Below are positions 18,803 through 28,456 of a DNA stretch of 64,000 nucleotides, piece after piece. Positions within the stretch are counted from its first letter, which is position 1; each line of letters starts with the position of its first letter. Both the position numbers and the translations under genes were made by a program. The notes below the pieces were generated by a model. That model ran no database searches. It was given only the letters and a program-made list of their open reading frames with translations, and was not told the DNA's origin. Origin of the DNA: an uncultured Gammaproteobacteria bacterium (GTDB taxonomy: Bacteria; Pseudomonadota; Gammaproteobacteria; CAWCPV01); NCBI GenBank assembly GCA_963797555.1, contig CAWCPV010000014.1, positions 128,001-192,000 on the forward strand, given 5' to 3'.

Positions 18803-21328
18803 GTGGCATCGGTTCAGATCTTCCTGTCCACCGTGAGTGCGGAGTTCGCGAGCTACCGCGATGCCCTGCGCCGTGACCTCGACCGCCCCAACGTCACGGT
18901 CAAGGTGCAGGAGGACTTCATCGCCACCGGCACCGAGACGCTGGACAAGCTCGACGAGTACATCCGCCAGTGCCATGCCGTGATCCACCTGGTGGGCGAC
19001 ATGACCGGGGCGCTGGCGCAGCCGCCCTCGGTGGCGGCGCTTCGGCAACGCTATGCGGATCTCGCCGAGCGGCTGCCGGTGCTCGGCCTCTTCCTGAGCC
19101 CCGACGCACTCGCCCTCTCCTACACCCAGTGGGAGGCCTGGCTGGCGCTATATCACGCCAAGGTGCTGATCATCGCCGTGCCGCAAGACGGCGCCCCGCG
19201 GGACGAGCGCTACCGGCTGGAGGAGGCACAGCGCGCCGTCCAGCAGGCCCACCTGGCGCGCCTGGCAGAGGTCGAGCGCTACCCGGAGATCCGCTTCGCC
19301 AACGCCGACCGGCTGGCGGTCGACGTGCTGCGCTCCAAGCTGCAGGACATCCTCGCCCTGGCCGGGGCGCTAGCCAAGCCCAACAACCTCCCTTACACCT
19401 CCCTCGGCAGCCTGTTCAAGGGCCGCGAGACGTTCCTCGAAGCCCTGCGCACCGAGTTCCTACGCGAGCCCGCGCGCGCCGTGGTGGTGTACGGGCTGGG
19501 GGGCGTAGGCAAGACCCGCCTCGCCGTCGAGTACGCCTGGCGCCATGCAGCCGAGTACCGGGCGCTGCTCACCGCGCCGGCCGACAGCCCCGAGTCCCTT
19601 AACCGCGGCATCGCCGCCCTGTGCAAGCCGCTCGGGCTCCCCGAGCACGAGGCCCGGGAGGAGGCGGTGCAGGTGGAGGCCGCGCTCCGATGGCTCGGGG
19701 CGCACCCCGGCTGGCTGCTCATTCTGGACAACACCGACACGCGGGAGGCGGTGGCTGCAGTCGAGAATCTGCTGCCCCGGCTCCAGCGCGGACACGCGCT
19801 CATCACCTCGCGCGTAAGCGAGTGGAGCGGGGGCGTCAAGACACGGGATCTCGACGTGCTCGACCCCGACGCGGCGGTGGCCTTCCTGCTGGAGACCACG
19901 GCGGATCGCCGCCGAGTGACCGCCAGCGACGCCCAGGATGCCCGGGCGCTGGCGACCGAGGACCTGGAGGGGCTCGCCCTGGCGCTGGAGCAGGCCGGCG
20001 CCTTCATCAAGCACACTCGTTGCTCGTTCGGGGACTATCGCAGGCGCTGGCGCGCCCGTGAGGAGAAGGTGCGTGCGTGGCACGACGCCCGCCTGATGCA
20101 GCACCCGCGCAGCGTGCTGGTGACCTGGGATGCGAGCCTCGAGCAGCTCGATGGCGCCGCCCGGGCGCTGATGAACCTCCTCTGCTGGCTCGCCCCCGCG
20201 CCGCTGCCGCGTGCCCTTCTGGAGAGCGAGGCCGCCCGGGCCACGCTCGCCCGGGGGGTCGGCTGGCTGCAGGAGGCAGGCGAGGTGCTGGCAGGCGCCG
20301 ACCCGGAAGAGGCCCTGGCCGCGCTCGCCGCCTTCTCCCTGCTGAGGTGGGATGCCGGCAACGAGGCTGTGCGTCTCCACCGCCTGGTGCAGGAGGTCAC
20401 CCGCGAGCGCATCCCCGACGAGCGCCGCGCCGCCTGGCTGGGCGCCGCGCTGGAGCTGGTCGATACCTATCTCCCAGACGACCCGCCGCCCCAGGACGTG
20501 CGCGCCTGGCCCCGCTGGGAGCCCCTGCGCCCCCACGTGGCGGCGGTGGTGGCCGCCGCCGATGCCGCGGGCATCGAGGCGCCGACCGCCCGCCTGATGA
20601 ACGAATTCGGCCTGTTCCTGCAGACCAAGGCCGTATGGGCCGAGGCCGAGCTGCTCATGCGCCGCGCCCTTGCCATCGACGAGGCGAGCCTCGGCCCCGA
20701 ACATCCCGATGTCGCCCGCGACCTCAACAACGTGGCGCTGCTGCTCAAGGCCACAAACCGCCTAGCCGAGGCCGAGCCGCTCATGCGCCGGGTGGTGACC
20801 ATCTTGGAGAAGAGCTTGGGCCGGGAGCACCCGAGCGTCGCCACCGCCCTCAACAATCTGGCGCATCTGTCCAACCGTCCGGCCGAGCCGCTCATGCGCC
20901 GCGCCCTCGCCATCGACGAGGCGAGCCTCGGGTCCGAGCATCCCGATGTCGCCACCGTCCTCAACAACCTGGCGCAGCTGCTCCACGACACCAACCGCCT
21001 AGCCGAGGCCGAGCCGCTCATGCGCCGGGTGGTGACCATCTTGGAGAAGAGCTTGGGCCGGGAGCACCCGAGCGTCGCCACCGCCCTCAACAACCTGGCG
21101 CGGCTGCTTCAGGCCACCAACCGCCTGGCCGAGGCCGAGCCGCTGAGCCGCCGCCACCTGCAGATCCTCCTGCGCTTCACCGCCGACACCGGCCACCCGC
21201 ATCCGAACCTGGATGCGGCCATCCAGAACTATGCGGGCCTGCTGGCGCAGATGGGCCAGGGCCGGGAGGACATTCAGGCCCGGCTCGACGCACTGCCGCG
21301 CGCGTACGGTCTAGCGCGCGGTCGCTGA
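18803..21328 (+). CDS. DUF4062-like effector + NB-ARC STAND NTPase + TPR repeats (bacterial NLR-like protein)
   Basis: IFLSTVSAEF...YTQWE N-domain; Walker A GLGGVGKT; Walker B WLLILDN; GLALALEQAG; LHRLVQ; 42-aa HPDVA..LNNLA TPRs. Confidence 0.88.
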   Translation: MASVQIFLSTVSAEFASYRDALRRDLDRPNVTVKVQEDFIATGTETLDKLDEYIRQCHAVIHLVGDMTGALAQPPSVAALRQRYADLAERLPVLGLFLSPDALALSYTQWEAWLALYHAKVLIIAVPQDGAPRDERYRLEEAQRAVQQAHLARLAEVERYPEIRFANADRLAVDVLRSKLQDILALAGALAKPNNLPYTSLGSLFKGRETFLEALRTEFLREPARAVVVYGLGGVGKTRLAVEYAWRHAAEYRALLTAPADSPESLNRGIAALCKPLGLPEHEAREEAVQVEAALRWLGAHPGWLLILDNTDTREAVAAVENLLPRLQRGHALITSRVSEWSGGVKTRDLDVLDPDAAVAFLLETTADRRRVTASDAQDARALATEDLEGLALALEQAGAFIKHTRCSFGDYRRRWRAREEKVRAWHDARLMQHPRSVLVTWDASLEQLDGAARALMNLLCWLAPAPLPRALLESEAARATLARGVGWLQEAGEVLAGADPEEALAALAAFSLLRWDAGNEAVRLHRLVQEVTRERIPDERRAAWLGAALELVDTYLPDDPPPQDVRAWPRWEPLRPHVAAVVAAADAAGIEAPTARLMNEFGLFLQTKAVWAEAELLMRRALAIDEASLGPEHPDVARDLNNVALLLKATNRLAEAEPLMRRVVTILEKSLGREHPSVATALNNLAHLSNRPAEPLMRRALAIDEASLGSEHPDVATVLNNLAQLLHDTNRLAEAEPLMRRVVTILEKSLGREHPSVATALNNLARLLQATNRLAEAEPLSRRHLQILLRFTADTGHPHPNLDAAIQNYAGLLAQMGQGREDIQARLDALPRAYGLARGR

Positions 21329-21859
21329 CCCATCCTCGCCGAGGCCCCCGAGCGCTGCCGCGATGGGGAGGGCGCGCAGGGGCGTCTGAGGCTCGCGGCA
21401 GCCTAGGAGGGCCGGGCGAGACTGCGCGATCAGCTCCTCGATCTCGGCGTCGATGGCCGGCAGCAGCACAGTTCAGGCAGAACTGCTGCATGCTGTCCGG
21501 GGTGTGCTCGGCGATGTACTTGAGCTTGAGCATGCGGGGTTAGGGCAGGCGCAGGTTGTAGATCGTGGCGACAGTCCTCGCGCCCAGGCGCCTCCCAGGG
21601 ATAGCGCTCGACGGCTACCGGCGCCGGGACCTGCTCCGGCGGCGGGGTCGCCTCGGGCCTGGTCAGGGTGCCGACCCCTCGCATACCTGGACATGTGTAC
21701 GGCACAGCAGCCTCTTTGCGATCCGCGTCCAGAGCGCGCGTGCTGCTGGTGTCCGGTAGGTGGTGGGTTGCTGCCGTTTCACGGCCCGGCTTCGGGGGGC
21801 GGCCAGTCGCCTGCTGTGCATGCTCGGCGTGCGTGGTATGGTCTCCCATGGTGGTTGAG

Positions 21860-21917
21860 GAACCATCAGTGTGCGCGACCACCCGGACGGTCGGTTCACG
21901 ACCCCGAGCGGTCATTC
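21860..21917 (+). repeat. dif-like site B, direct repeat of site A region
   Basis: gaaccatcagtgtgcgcgaccacccggACGGTCGGTTCA-CGACCC-CGAGCGGTCATtc. Confidence 0.6.
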
Positions 21918-22379
21918 AAGAACGCGAAAGTTAGCCGTGGGCGTTTATTAGCCCACGGTTGAAGCTTGAAGCTAGGTCGCCTCAAAATGCGGCTCTGGGA
22001 TAGCCGCTAAGGCCGCGTTCGCCTCCAGGCGCAGGTAATACAGCGGCATCTTCCTGCAAATCCACCGGCGCATCGGTGCACCCAGCACCCCATACACCCG
22101 CCGCGCCGCCTCCGCTCGCACCGGGGACTCGGTTAGCCGCACCTCCCACCGGAGCTCTCCAGCTCCCCCGCGCTCAGGGCACGCCTACGGAACCACCTGC
22201 GCAACCGCTTCGACATCTGCTCCCCCCATCACCTCGCGAACGATGGAGGGCATTGAATCAGCTTCTCGACGCTGTGCCCAGGGGGACCACGAATCTAACC
22301 GCGGGGGGCGTATAACGCCATGGCTACTACCCCGTCGCCGGCGGAGAACGGGTGTGCCAAATGTCACCAGCCAGCCTCG

Positions 22380-23969
22380 TCACGTCCAAAGACTCCATTT
22401 CCCGAAGCCTAGGACCGCCAAGACGATCAGGGCGTTGCTGGTCATGTGGGCGACGACTGCATCACCAATCTCACCGCACCGATAGAGAGCCACGGCAAAG
22501 CCCATGCCCGCAAGGGTTCCGGCAAGCCAGCGGTCATGGAGCAGTCCGAAAAGGACAGATGAGACGACAAACGAAAGCCATGTGAACTGCCCTGGCTGCA
22601 CGTTCTCGAAATTTCTTGCGACCAGCTTCCTGATTAGGTATCCGCGAAACGCGAGTTCCTCTGCGATCGGCACCGTAATCATGGACCCTACGACGCGACA
22701 CGCCACCCAGGCGACTGCAGCCCATTGCGGCAACTCCGCAAGGCCGCGAGTCAGTTCGGCGCCCCCCTGTTCGTTGGGCAGATCGAGAATTAGCCACATC
22801 AGAGACACGCCGACGCCGATCGCCACGCTATGCCAGGATCTTGTCCACCGAATCGGGCCATAGGACGAACGGAAATACCAAAGTGCCACCCCCGTTGTGA
22901 CAACTCCCAGTGGATAGAGAGCCTGGAATCCGCTAGAGAACGCGGCAGTCAGCAGAGTCGTTGCCATCAAGGTCAGTAGTGGAGCGAGTAAGGCGACGGC
23001 CAGCCGCATTCCTTCGTCGACCTGGTCGGCTGCTGCGTTCCCCACAGCGGAGAAGCCGAGCCGGTGTGACAGCCCGACGAGCGCGAGAGCGATAAGGGTA
23101 AACGTGATCCAACCGGCCAGAGAGTGGAACCCGCGGCCTGCAACTTCTGGCGATAGCCAGGCGCCGACCAGGACAAGCGCCGCCACCCGTACGATGTTTG
23201 CCAGCCAAATCGCAACGATGCCGATAGGGTACAGTAGCAATGCCTTCGGAAAGGCAAGATCCCTCCGAAAGAACCAAAGGTAGACCGTCACAAAGACGGC
23301 GATTAGCACGATACCCTCGTAGCCAGAGCAGACGGGCATGATCTCGACCGCGAAGGTATCAGTCCCGAGTAAGTTCTGCGCGGGGACGAATATCGCGTGC
23401 GGATAGATGAGACTCAAGAGTTGGCGACTTGCGAAGAAAGTCAGATCTGTAAAGAATCGCAAGAAGCTCTCTTTCCGAGCGAGTTCGTCGCCGAGCCAGA
23501 GGGCGACACCAGCGCTGGCACCGACCAGCAACGTCATCTTCTCAGCTCGGAGCAGGCGAAGCCACGCCCGGATCGGAGCGACGGCGAGGAGCCACAAGGC
23601 CAAGGCCACACCTCCGGCCGCAAGCCGCGCGGCGAGCCGCCACTCCTGCGGGACGTTGAAAGCCTCACCGAAAGCCTCGCCTGAAGTCCCGAAGACCGAG
23701 AGAGGAATCTGGCTCAAGATAAAAGCGAGTATGTGGCAAACGAGCCACGGCCACCGCCCCCGAAGCCCCTCTGTCTGGAAGGCTGCAACGACGCCTTGCG
23801 AGTGCGGACGAATGGCCAGTACAAAAGCCACCGAAAATCCTACGGCGACCGAGAGGGTGCTCCCCAGCAAATCGGAGCCGAGTTGGTAGCTGAACCAAAG
23901 GATCTCGGCAACGAGGATCGCGGCAAGAGCGATCCACCACCGCATCACGGCCCTTTGGTTCGGTGCCAC
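22380..23969 (-). CDS. xrtE: Exosortase E / CAAX protease fusion (VPEID-CTERM system)
   Basis: Exosortase triad CSGYEG, NIVR, GFHS followed by CPBP motifs EELAFRG, FGLLH, AHMTSN; adjacent APEID-CTERM gene. Confidence 0.88.
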   Translation of the reverse strand: MAPNQRAVMRWWIALAAILVAEILWFSYQLGSDLLGSTLSVAVGFSVAFVLAIRPHSQGVVAAFQTEGLRGRWPWLVCHILAFILSQIPLSVFGTSGEAFGEAFNVPQEWRLAARLAAGGVALALWLLAVAPIRAWLRLLRAEKMTLLVGASAGVALWLGDELARKESFLRFFTDLTFFASRQLLSLIYPHAIFVPAQNLLGTDTFAVEIMPVCSGYEGIVLIAVFVTVYLWFFRRDLAFPKALLLYPIGIVAIWLANIVRVAALVLVGAWLSPEVAGRGFHSLAGWITFTLIALALVGLSHRLGFSAVGNAAADQVDEGMRLAVALLAPLLTLMATTLLTAAFSSGFQALYPLGVVTTGVALWYFRSSYGPIRWTRSWHSVAIGVGVSLMWLILDLPNEQGGAELTRGLAELPQWAAVAWVACRVVGSMITVPIAEELAFRGYLIRKLVARNFENVQPGQFTWLSFVVSSVLFGLLHDRWLAGTLAGMGFAVALYRCGEIGDAVVAHMTSNALIVLAVLGFGKWSLWT

Positions 23970-24205
23970 AGACAGACCAACACGCTTCCGTGACTACGAC
24001 GAGCCACGGAAGGAGCGACAAAGGGCCTCAAGCGAGCCACTGCATGCGGGCCTTCTACAGCGCTGTTAGAGTACGCTCGCGACTTGTCGCGAGGACTAAA
24101 CTCTCTCGCGCGCGGGTCCGCGAGACCGCCACACCACCGACACCCCAGAGTTATAAGAAAACGACGCCCCACCCCCTGGGGCCGATCAGAGATGCCACGG
24201 TATGA

Positions 24206-24439
24206 CTACGGTGTTGTTCGGCGGCGCCGGCGAGATCTTTCTGCGACGAGCACCAAAACCCCGCCCAGAAACGCAAGTGCTTGCGTGCCCGCCCCCACAT
24301 CTATCTCCGGAGCCTCTATTTTCTTGACATGCCCAGGCGCACAGGCGGGAGCGCACAAGCTGATCTCGCTCCTAGCAAATGCAGGCGACGCCGAACTGAT
24401 CGCAAGAACTGCTGCGAGAAGCGTCAGTTGGATTTTCAT
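24206..24439 (-). CDS. VPEID-CTERM sorting domain-containing small protein
   Basis: Signal peptide, APEIDVG motif, TM helix and ERSRRRRR tail; AAGGAG RBS. Confidence 0.88.
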   Translation of the reverse strand: MKIQLTLLAAVLAISSASPAFARSEISLCAPACAPGHVKKIEAPEIDVGAGTQALAFLGGVLVLVAERSRRRRRTTP

Positions 24440-24730
24440 CGTGCCCTCCTTATCCCTGAGTGCAAATAACGACGCGAATTGCCCGTCCCGGCATATCCGT
24501 ACGCGGATATCACGAACTAAGTTCGTATCTATAGACCTCTGCGGTGCCTTTGTCAAGGAGGACGTTCGCACGGCCTGTTCAAGGTTACCAGCGCGATCTT
24601 CAAAGTCTCCGTCTCGGTCACCCCCACGGCTTTTGTGCTGCGCTAGCGAGCCCGCTCCGTTCAGACGGGGTCGGTAATCTCCCACCTAACGATCATTGCG
24701 TCTGGCGCCACCCCAGAGGATGAAAGAAGC

Positions 24731-24935
24731 TGTGGGGTGGGAGACGGCGGGAAGAGGTCGCGCAAGTTTTTGGCGGCTCGACCCCGCAACCTAACGTGAC
24801 CCGCCGGACCGACTCGTACCCCGGATTGCTTCCCTACAGAGCGCACGTTAAACAGGCCGTCGGCGGCTTGCCGCCTTCAGGCTCACTCGGTCCGGCACCC
24901 GCCGTCTCCCATCTCTTGAGTGTATTGCGACGGGA
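24731..24935 (+). ncRNA. Putative bridge/seek RNA in the IS110 5' non-coding end
   Basis: Closing stem GGGAGACGGCGGG (about 24739-24751) / CCCGCCGTCTCCC (24898-24910); internal segments match the reconstructed target (24818-24829) and donor junction (24844-24856). Confidence 0.65.
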
Positions 24936-24941
24936 GACGAC

Positions 24942-26130
24942 ATGGAACTGGTAGCGATCTTCAAGCGTCTCATCGGTCTGGATGTGCATCAGGGGCAAGT
25001 GACCGCCTGTGCCATCCTTGAGGAGGCCGACGGCCAAGTCTACATCGAGCAACGCCAATTCGGTGCCTTCAAGAAAGACCGCCGGGCGTTCGCGGAGTGG
25101 TGCGCGGGATTTCGCCCGGAGGAGGTGGTCATGGAGAGCACCGGCATTTACTGGAAAAGTCCTTACGCAGCCCTAGAAGGCGCACGGCATCCAAGCCAAG
25201 GTGGTCAACGCCCGCCACGTCAAGCAGGTCCCGGGACGCAAGACCGACATCGGCGATGCCCAGTGGCTGGCCATGTTGGCTCGCGCCGCTCTGTTGCGCG
25301 CCTCCTTCGTGCCGAAGGCCAAACTGCGCGAGCTGCGCCTGATCGCCCGGCAGCGACAGAAGCTCGTGGGCTTGGCTGCCTCGGAGAAGAACCGGCTGCA
25401 CAAGGTGCTCACCGATGGTGGCATCCGCCTGGGGGTGGTGGTGAGCGATATCCACGGCCAGTCGGCCCGTGCCATGCTGAAAGCCCTCATCCAGGGGGCT
25501 GCTGCCCACGAGGTCCTCCCCCTGGCCAGCCGCCGGCTGAAGGCGAGCCGCGAGGAGCTGCTCGATGCCCTGCAGGGGGACCTGACCGAGTCTCATCGCT
25601 TCGTCCTCGATGAATTGATGCGCCACATCGAGGAACTCGAAGCCCGCATCGCCCGCTTCGATGCTCGCTTGCTCGAAGGCCTGAAGGAGGAGGCCAACAG
25701 CCTGCTGTTGTTGCAGACCCTACCAGGGGTCAATGTCATCGGTGCCGCCATGCTGCTGGTGGAAATCGGTAGCGACATGAGCGCCTTCGGTCATGCCGAG
25801 CGGCTCGCTTCCTGGGTGGGTATCTGCCCCGGCAACCACGAGTCGGCCGGCAAGCGCCAATCGGGGCGCACCCGCAAGGGCAACCCCTATGTGCGTCGTC
25901 TGCTGTGCGAGTTCGCCCATGCCGCAAGCCGTACCCGCTTGCGCCGCGGCCGCAAACGAGCCATCATCGCTCTGGCCCACAAGATGTTGCGTATCATCTT
26001 CTGCATGCTCTCGCGCGGCCAACACTACCGGGATTCGGCCACTGACTATGAAGCCCTATTTGTGAAACGCAACGCCCCACGCTGGATCAAGGCCCTCAGC
26101 CGCTACGGCTTCCTGCCAGCCGCCGCCTGA
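24942..26130 (+). CDS. IS110-family DEDD recombinase; frameshift near 25185
   Basis: GLDVH, MESTG.YW, KTD..DA (DEDD RuvC-like); C-terminal GICPGNHESAGK serine motif. Confidence 0.9.
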
Positions 26131-26218
26131 ACCCTTCACCCCCTCCTCCTATGGCCCTCATCGGCCAGGCTCCGTCACGCCCAAAAACCGGCTTCTTTCA
26201 CGTTAAAGATTGCCTTGA

Positions 26219-26246
26219 CTGGCCGGCCCTGGCCGATTCCGGTCAC
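26219..26246 (-). repeat. dif-like site F (CGGCCA core on minus strand)
   Basis: CTGGCCGGCCC-TGGCCG-ATTCCGGTCAC; the TGGCCG.TTCCGGTCACTGGA stretch is 20/21 identical to the 47813 site. Confidence 0.55.
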
Positions 26247-26513
26247 TGGACCCAGTAACTGCAGTGAAGCGATTCCCGACGCGCGCGCGTAAGGTATGCC
26301 GTAGAGGAGACGCAAGGGAGGCCAGGCGCGGGCCAGAGGGCGGTGCCGTGGCCGTGGAGGCATCACCCGCGGGAAGCGCGCAGTACGCGGATGGTGTCCT
26401 TTCCGCGGTTTACGGGGAAGCTGGTACTCGTCCTCGACGTGAGGCGGCGGCACCGTGTCGCCGGCCGGACCGGCCGGGGGGGAGGGAAGAATGGTGATCA
26501 GGGCATCGAAGTC

Positions 26514-27062
26514 TCAGCGGCCGTAGGTTGCGGTCAGCGTCGCCTTGGCCAGGGCGTTCGAATTCAGATAGAAACCCACCATCGCGCCGCTGGCATCCTC
26601 TTTAAGAGGCAGTTGATCCACCTTCAATGCATAGACGGTGAAGATATACCGGTGAGGCTTGTCGCCCGCCGGCGGACAGGGCCCCCCGTAACCGTGTTGA
26701 CCGTAGTCGGTCCTGCTTTGCACCGACCCTTTGGGGGCCAACCCGCTCTCCGGCCTGCCCGCATCGGCGGGGAGCATATTCGCGGAAGGCGGGATATTGA
26801 AGACCAGCCAGTGCCACCAGCCGCTGCCCGTCGGTGCGTCGGGATCATAGACCGTCACCGCGAAGCTCTTGGTCTCCTTAGGGGCGTTCTGCCAGTGCAG
26901 CTCCGGCGAGACGTTGCCACCCGTGCAGCCGAAACCGGAGAAAACCTGCTCCATCCCGACCGTGCCCTTGTTTTTGACCACGGGGCTGGTAATTTGAAAC
27001 TCGGCCGCAGATAACTGCCCCGCCATCAGGACGATTACCGCCGCCAACCAGAGTCGAGTCAT
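26514..27062 (-). CDS. YbhB/YbcL family (PEBP, Raf kinase inhibitor-like) periplasmic protein
   Basis: GCTGGNVSP, YDPDAPTGSGWWHW, GPCPP, HRYIFTVYAL; signal peptide. Confidence 0.92.
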   Translation of the reverse strand: MTRLWLAAVIVLMAGQLSAAEFQITSPVVKNKGTVGMEQVFSGFGCTGGNVSPELHWQNAPKETKSFAVTVYDPDAPTGSGWWHWLVFNIPPSANMLPADAGRPESGLAPKGSVQSRTDYGQHGYGGPCPPAGDKPHRYIFTVYALKVDQLPLKEDASGAMVGFYLNSNALAKATLTATYGR

Positions 27063-27206
27063 TGTCTTCTCCTTCTCGAAATCGTTATGTCCGGTATCAG
27101 CCCAGGGATAACATCCCATCCATCGCCCGCGACGAGGCAGGGAAGGTGCCAAGCGCCGAGCCGAGAAGCCAGCGATAGCGCGGCGACGGGCTGCGTGCGG
27201 CCCGGC

Positions 27207-27659
27207 TCAGCCGGCTCGTGCGAGTGCCTCCGCGAGCCGCTCTAAGGCGTCCGTCCAACCCGCCTCATGGAGCGCGTGCCGAGCCTCGGTCTTGAACGGG
27301 CTCTGGTCGAGGACGAGCCTCGTACCTCCGTTCTCGTCGCGGAAGGACAGCGTCACCACCGTCTCTCTGTCGTCGGGATCCGGCTCCTCCCATACGAACG
27401 TGTAGACGAGACGCCGCGGCCACTCGACCTCGTGGAACTCACCGCCCAGGTGGAATGCATCCCCCTCGGGCGGCTGCATGGTGATCCGGTACCGGCCACC
27501 TTGGCGAACGTCAAGCTCAAGGCTTGGGCAGGTGAAACCCGCGGGCCCCCACCACTCCGCGAGCTTGTGCGGCTTGATGCACGCGGAGAAGACCTGCTCG
27601 GGGGACGCCCGCAGAACTTTCTCCAGATGCAGCGTCCGACCACCTGAGTCGCCGCCCAT
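27207..27659 (-). CDS. SRPBCC/AHSA1 domain protein
   Basis: ASPEQVF..., WWGP.GF, DVRQGGRY, RLVYTF, GW..ALERL. Confidence 0.85.
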   Translation of the reverse strand: MGGDSGGRTLHLEKVLRASPEQVFSACIKPHKLAEWWGPAGFTCPSLELDVRQGGRYRITMQPPEGDAFHLGGEFHEVEWPRRLVYTFVWEEPDPDDRETVVTLSFRDENGGTRLVLDQSPFKTEARHALHEAGWTDALERLAEALARAG

Positions 27660-27947
27660 ACCGCGATTATGCGTCCTTCCAGCCGGCAATCCAATGCGTC
27701 CCGCGAGCGTCACGTGTTGCGATCGCCTCCCGCCGCCTTGGTCTCGACGCTCACCACGGTCGCCCGTGGACCGGTGGCCCGTCTGGCGACGGCGGCCGGT
27801 CGGTTGCCTAAAGTGTAGCTACCGCGGGTTGCGTCGCCGCCTTCTCGGCCCCAGTTCCTCGCCCCAACTGTGGTCTTGGGCCAGCCCATTGCGGGGTGAT
27901 CTCATGGGCGCGTATGCTCGGCGAGTGGCATCGTGCGAGGCGCGGCA

Positions 27948-28165
27948 TGGACATCCGCAACGGATTGGTCGGGAGCATCGGCAGCACGGCGCTCATCGAG
28001 CTGAAGACCCTGTCGGACAGGACCGGCTGCACCATCCTGGGCAAGGGACGGCCGGAACGCAGATGACCTCGGCCAACGCCCGCGGTCTACAAGACCGTCA
28101 TCGTCATGCCCGACACCCAGTCGCAGGAAAAGAAGGACCTGCTGCGGCTGTTCGGTATACAGCGA
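27948..28165 (+). pseudogene. Cysteine synthase fragment
   Basis: IGSTALIELKTLSDRTGCTILGK joined to KTVIVMPDTQSQEKKDLLRLFG, with internal deletion. Confidence 0.6.
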
Positions 28166-28178
28166 GCTGCGCCAGTGG

Positions 28179-28400
28179 TTGGGCGAGCAGATTGATTCCT
28201 GGGAGGGCCTCATTCAGCTCGTCGGCCCGGCTTACGGCGCGGAGCCGCCCGAGGTGAACCCCGACTATGGTCGTGTCTCCTACACCCAGTTCGAATTCTT
28301 CTACGCCCAGTGCCAGGGCAAGAAAACCTGGATCATTCTTGCCGGCGAACAGTGCCACCGCGACAAACCGCCCGAGACCGCCGAGGAAACCCATCGACGC
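28179..28400 (+). pseudogene. DUF4062-like domain fragment
   Basis: IDSWEGLIQLVGPAYG...VSYTQFEFFYA parallels the VIHLVG...LSYTQWE part of the gene at 18803. Confidence 0.55.
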
Positions 28401-28456
28401 GAGCTAGCCCAGAGGCAGCTCAGACTCTCAGGAGCGTTCCACGTGGGTAATGCCGG

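Larger units (their letters stand above)
24718..26209 (+). mobile_element. IS110-family insertion sequence with subterminal inverted repeats
   Basis: TGAAAGAAGC (24721-24730) / GCTTCTTTCA (26191-26200) perfect IR; AGA core at 24715-24717 and 26207-26209. Confidence 0.8.

Noticed and set aside
20640-21150. Repeats as CRISPR or DGR template/variable region
   Set aside because: In-frame TPR coding repeats; no reverse transcriptase and no A-specific mismatches noticed
21400-22330. Short ORFs between the NLR-like gene and xrtE
   Set aside because: No recognisable family; looks like degraded mobile DNA
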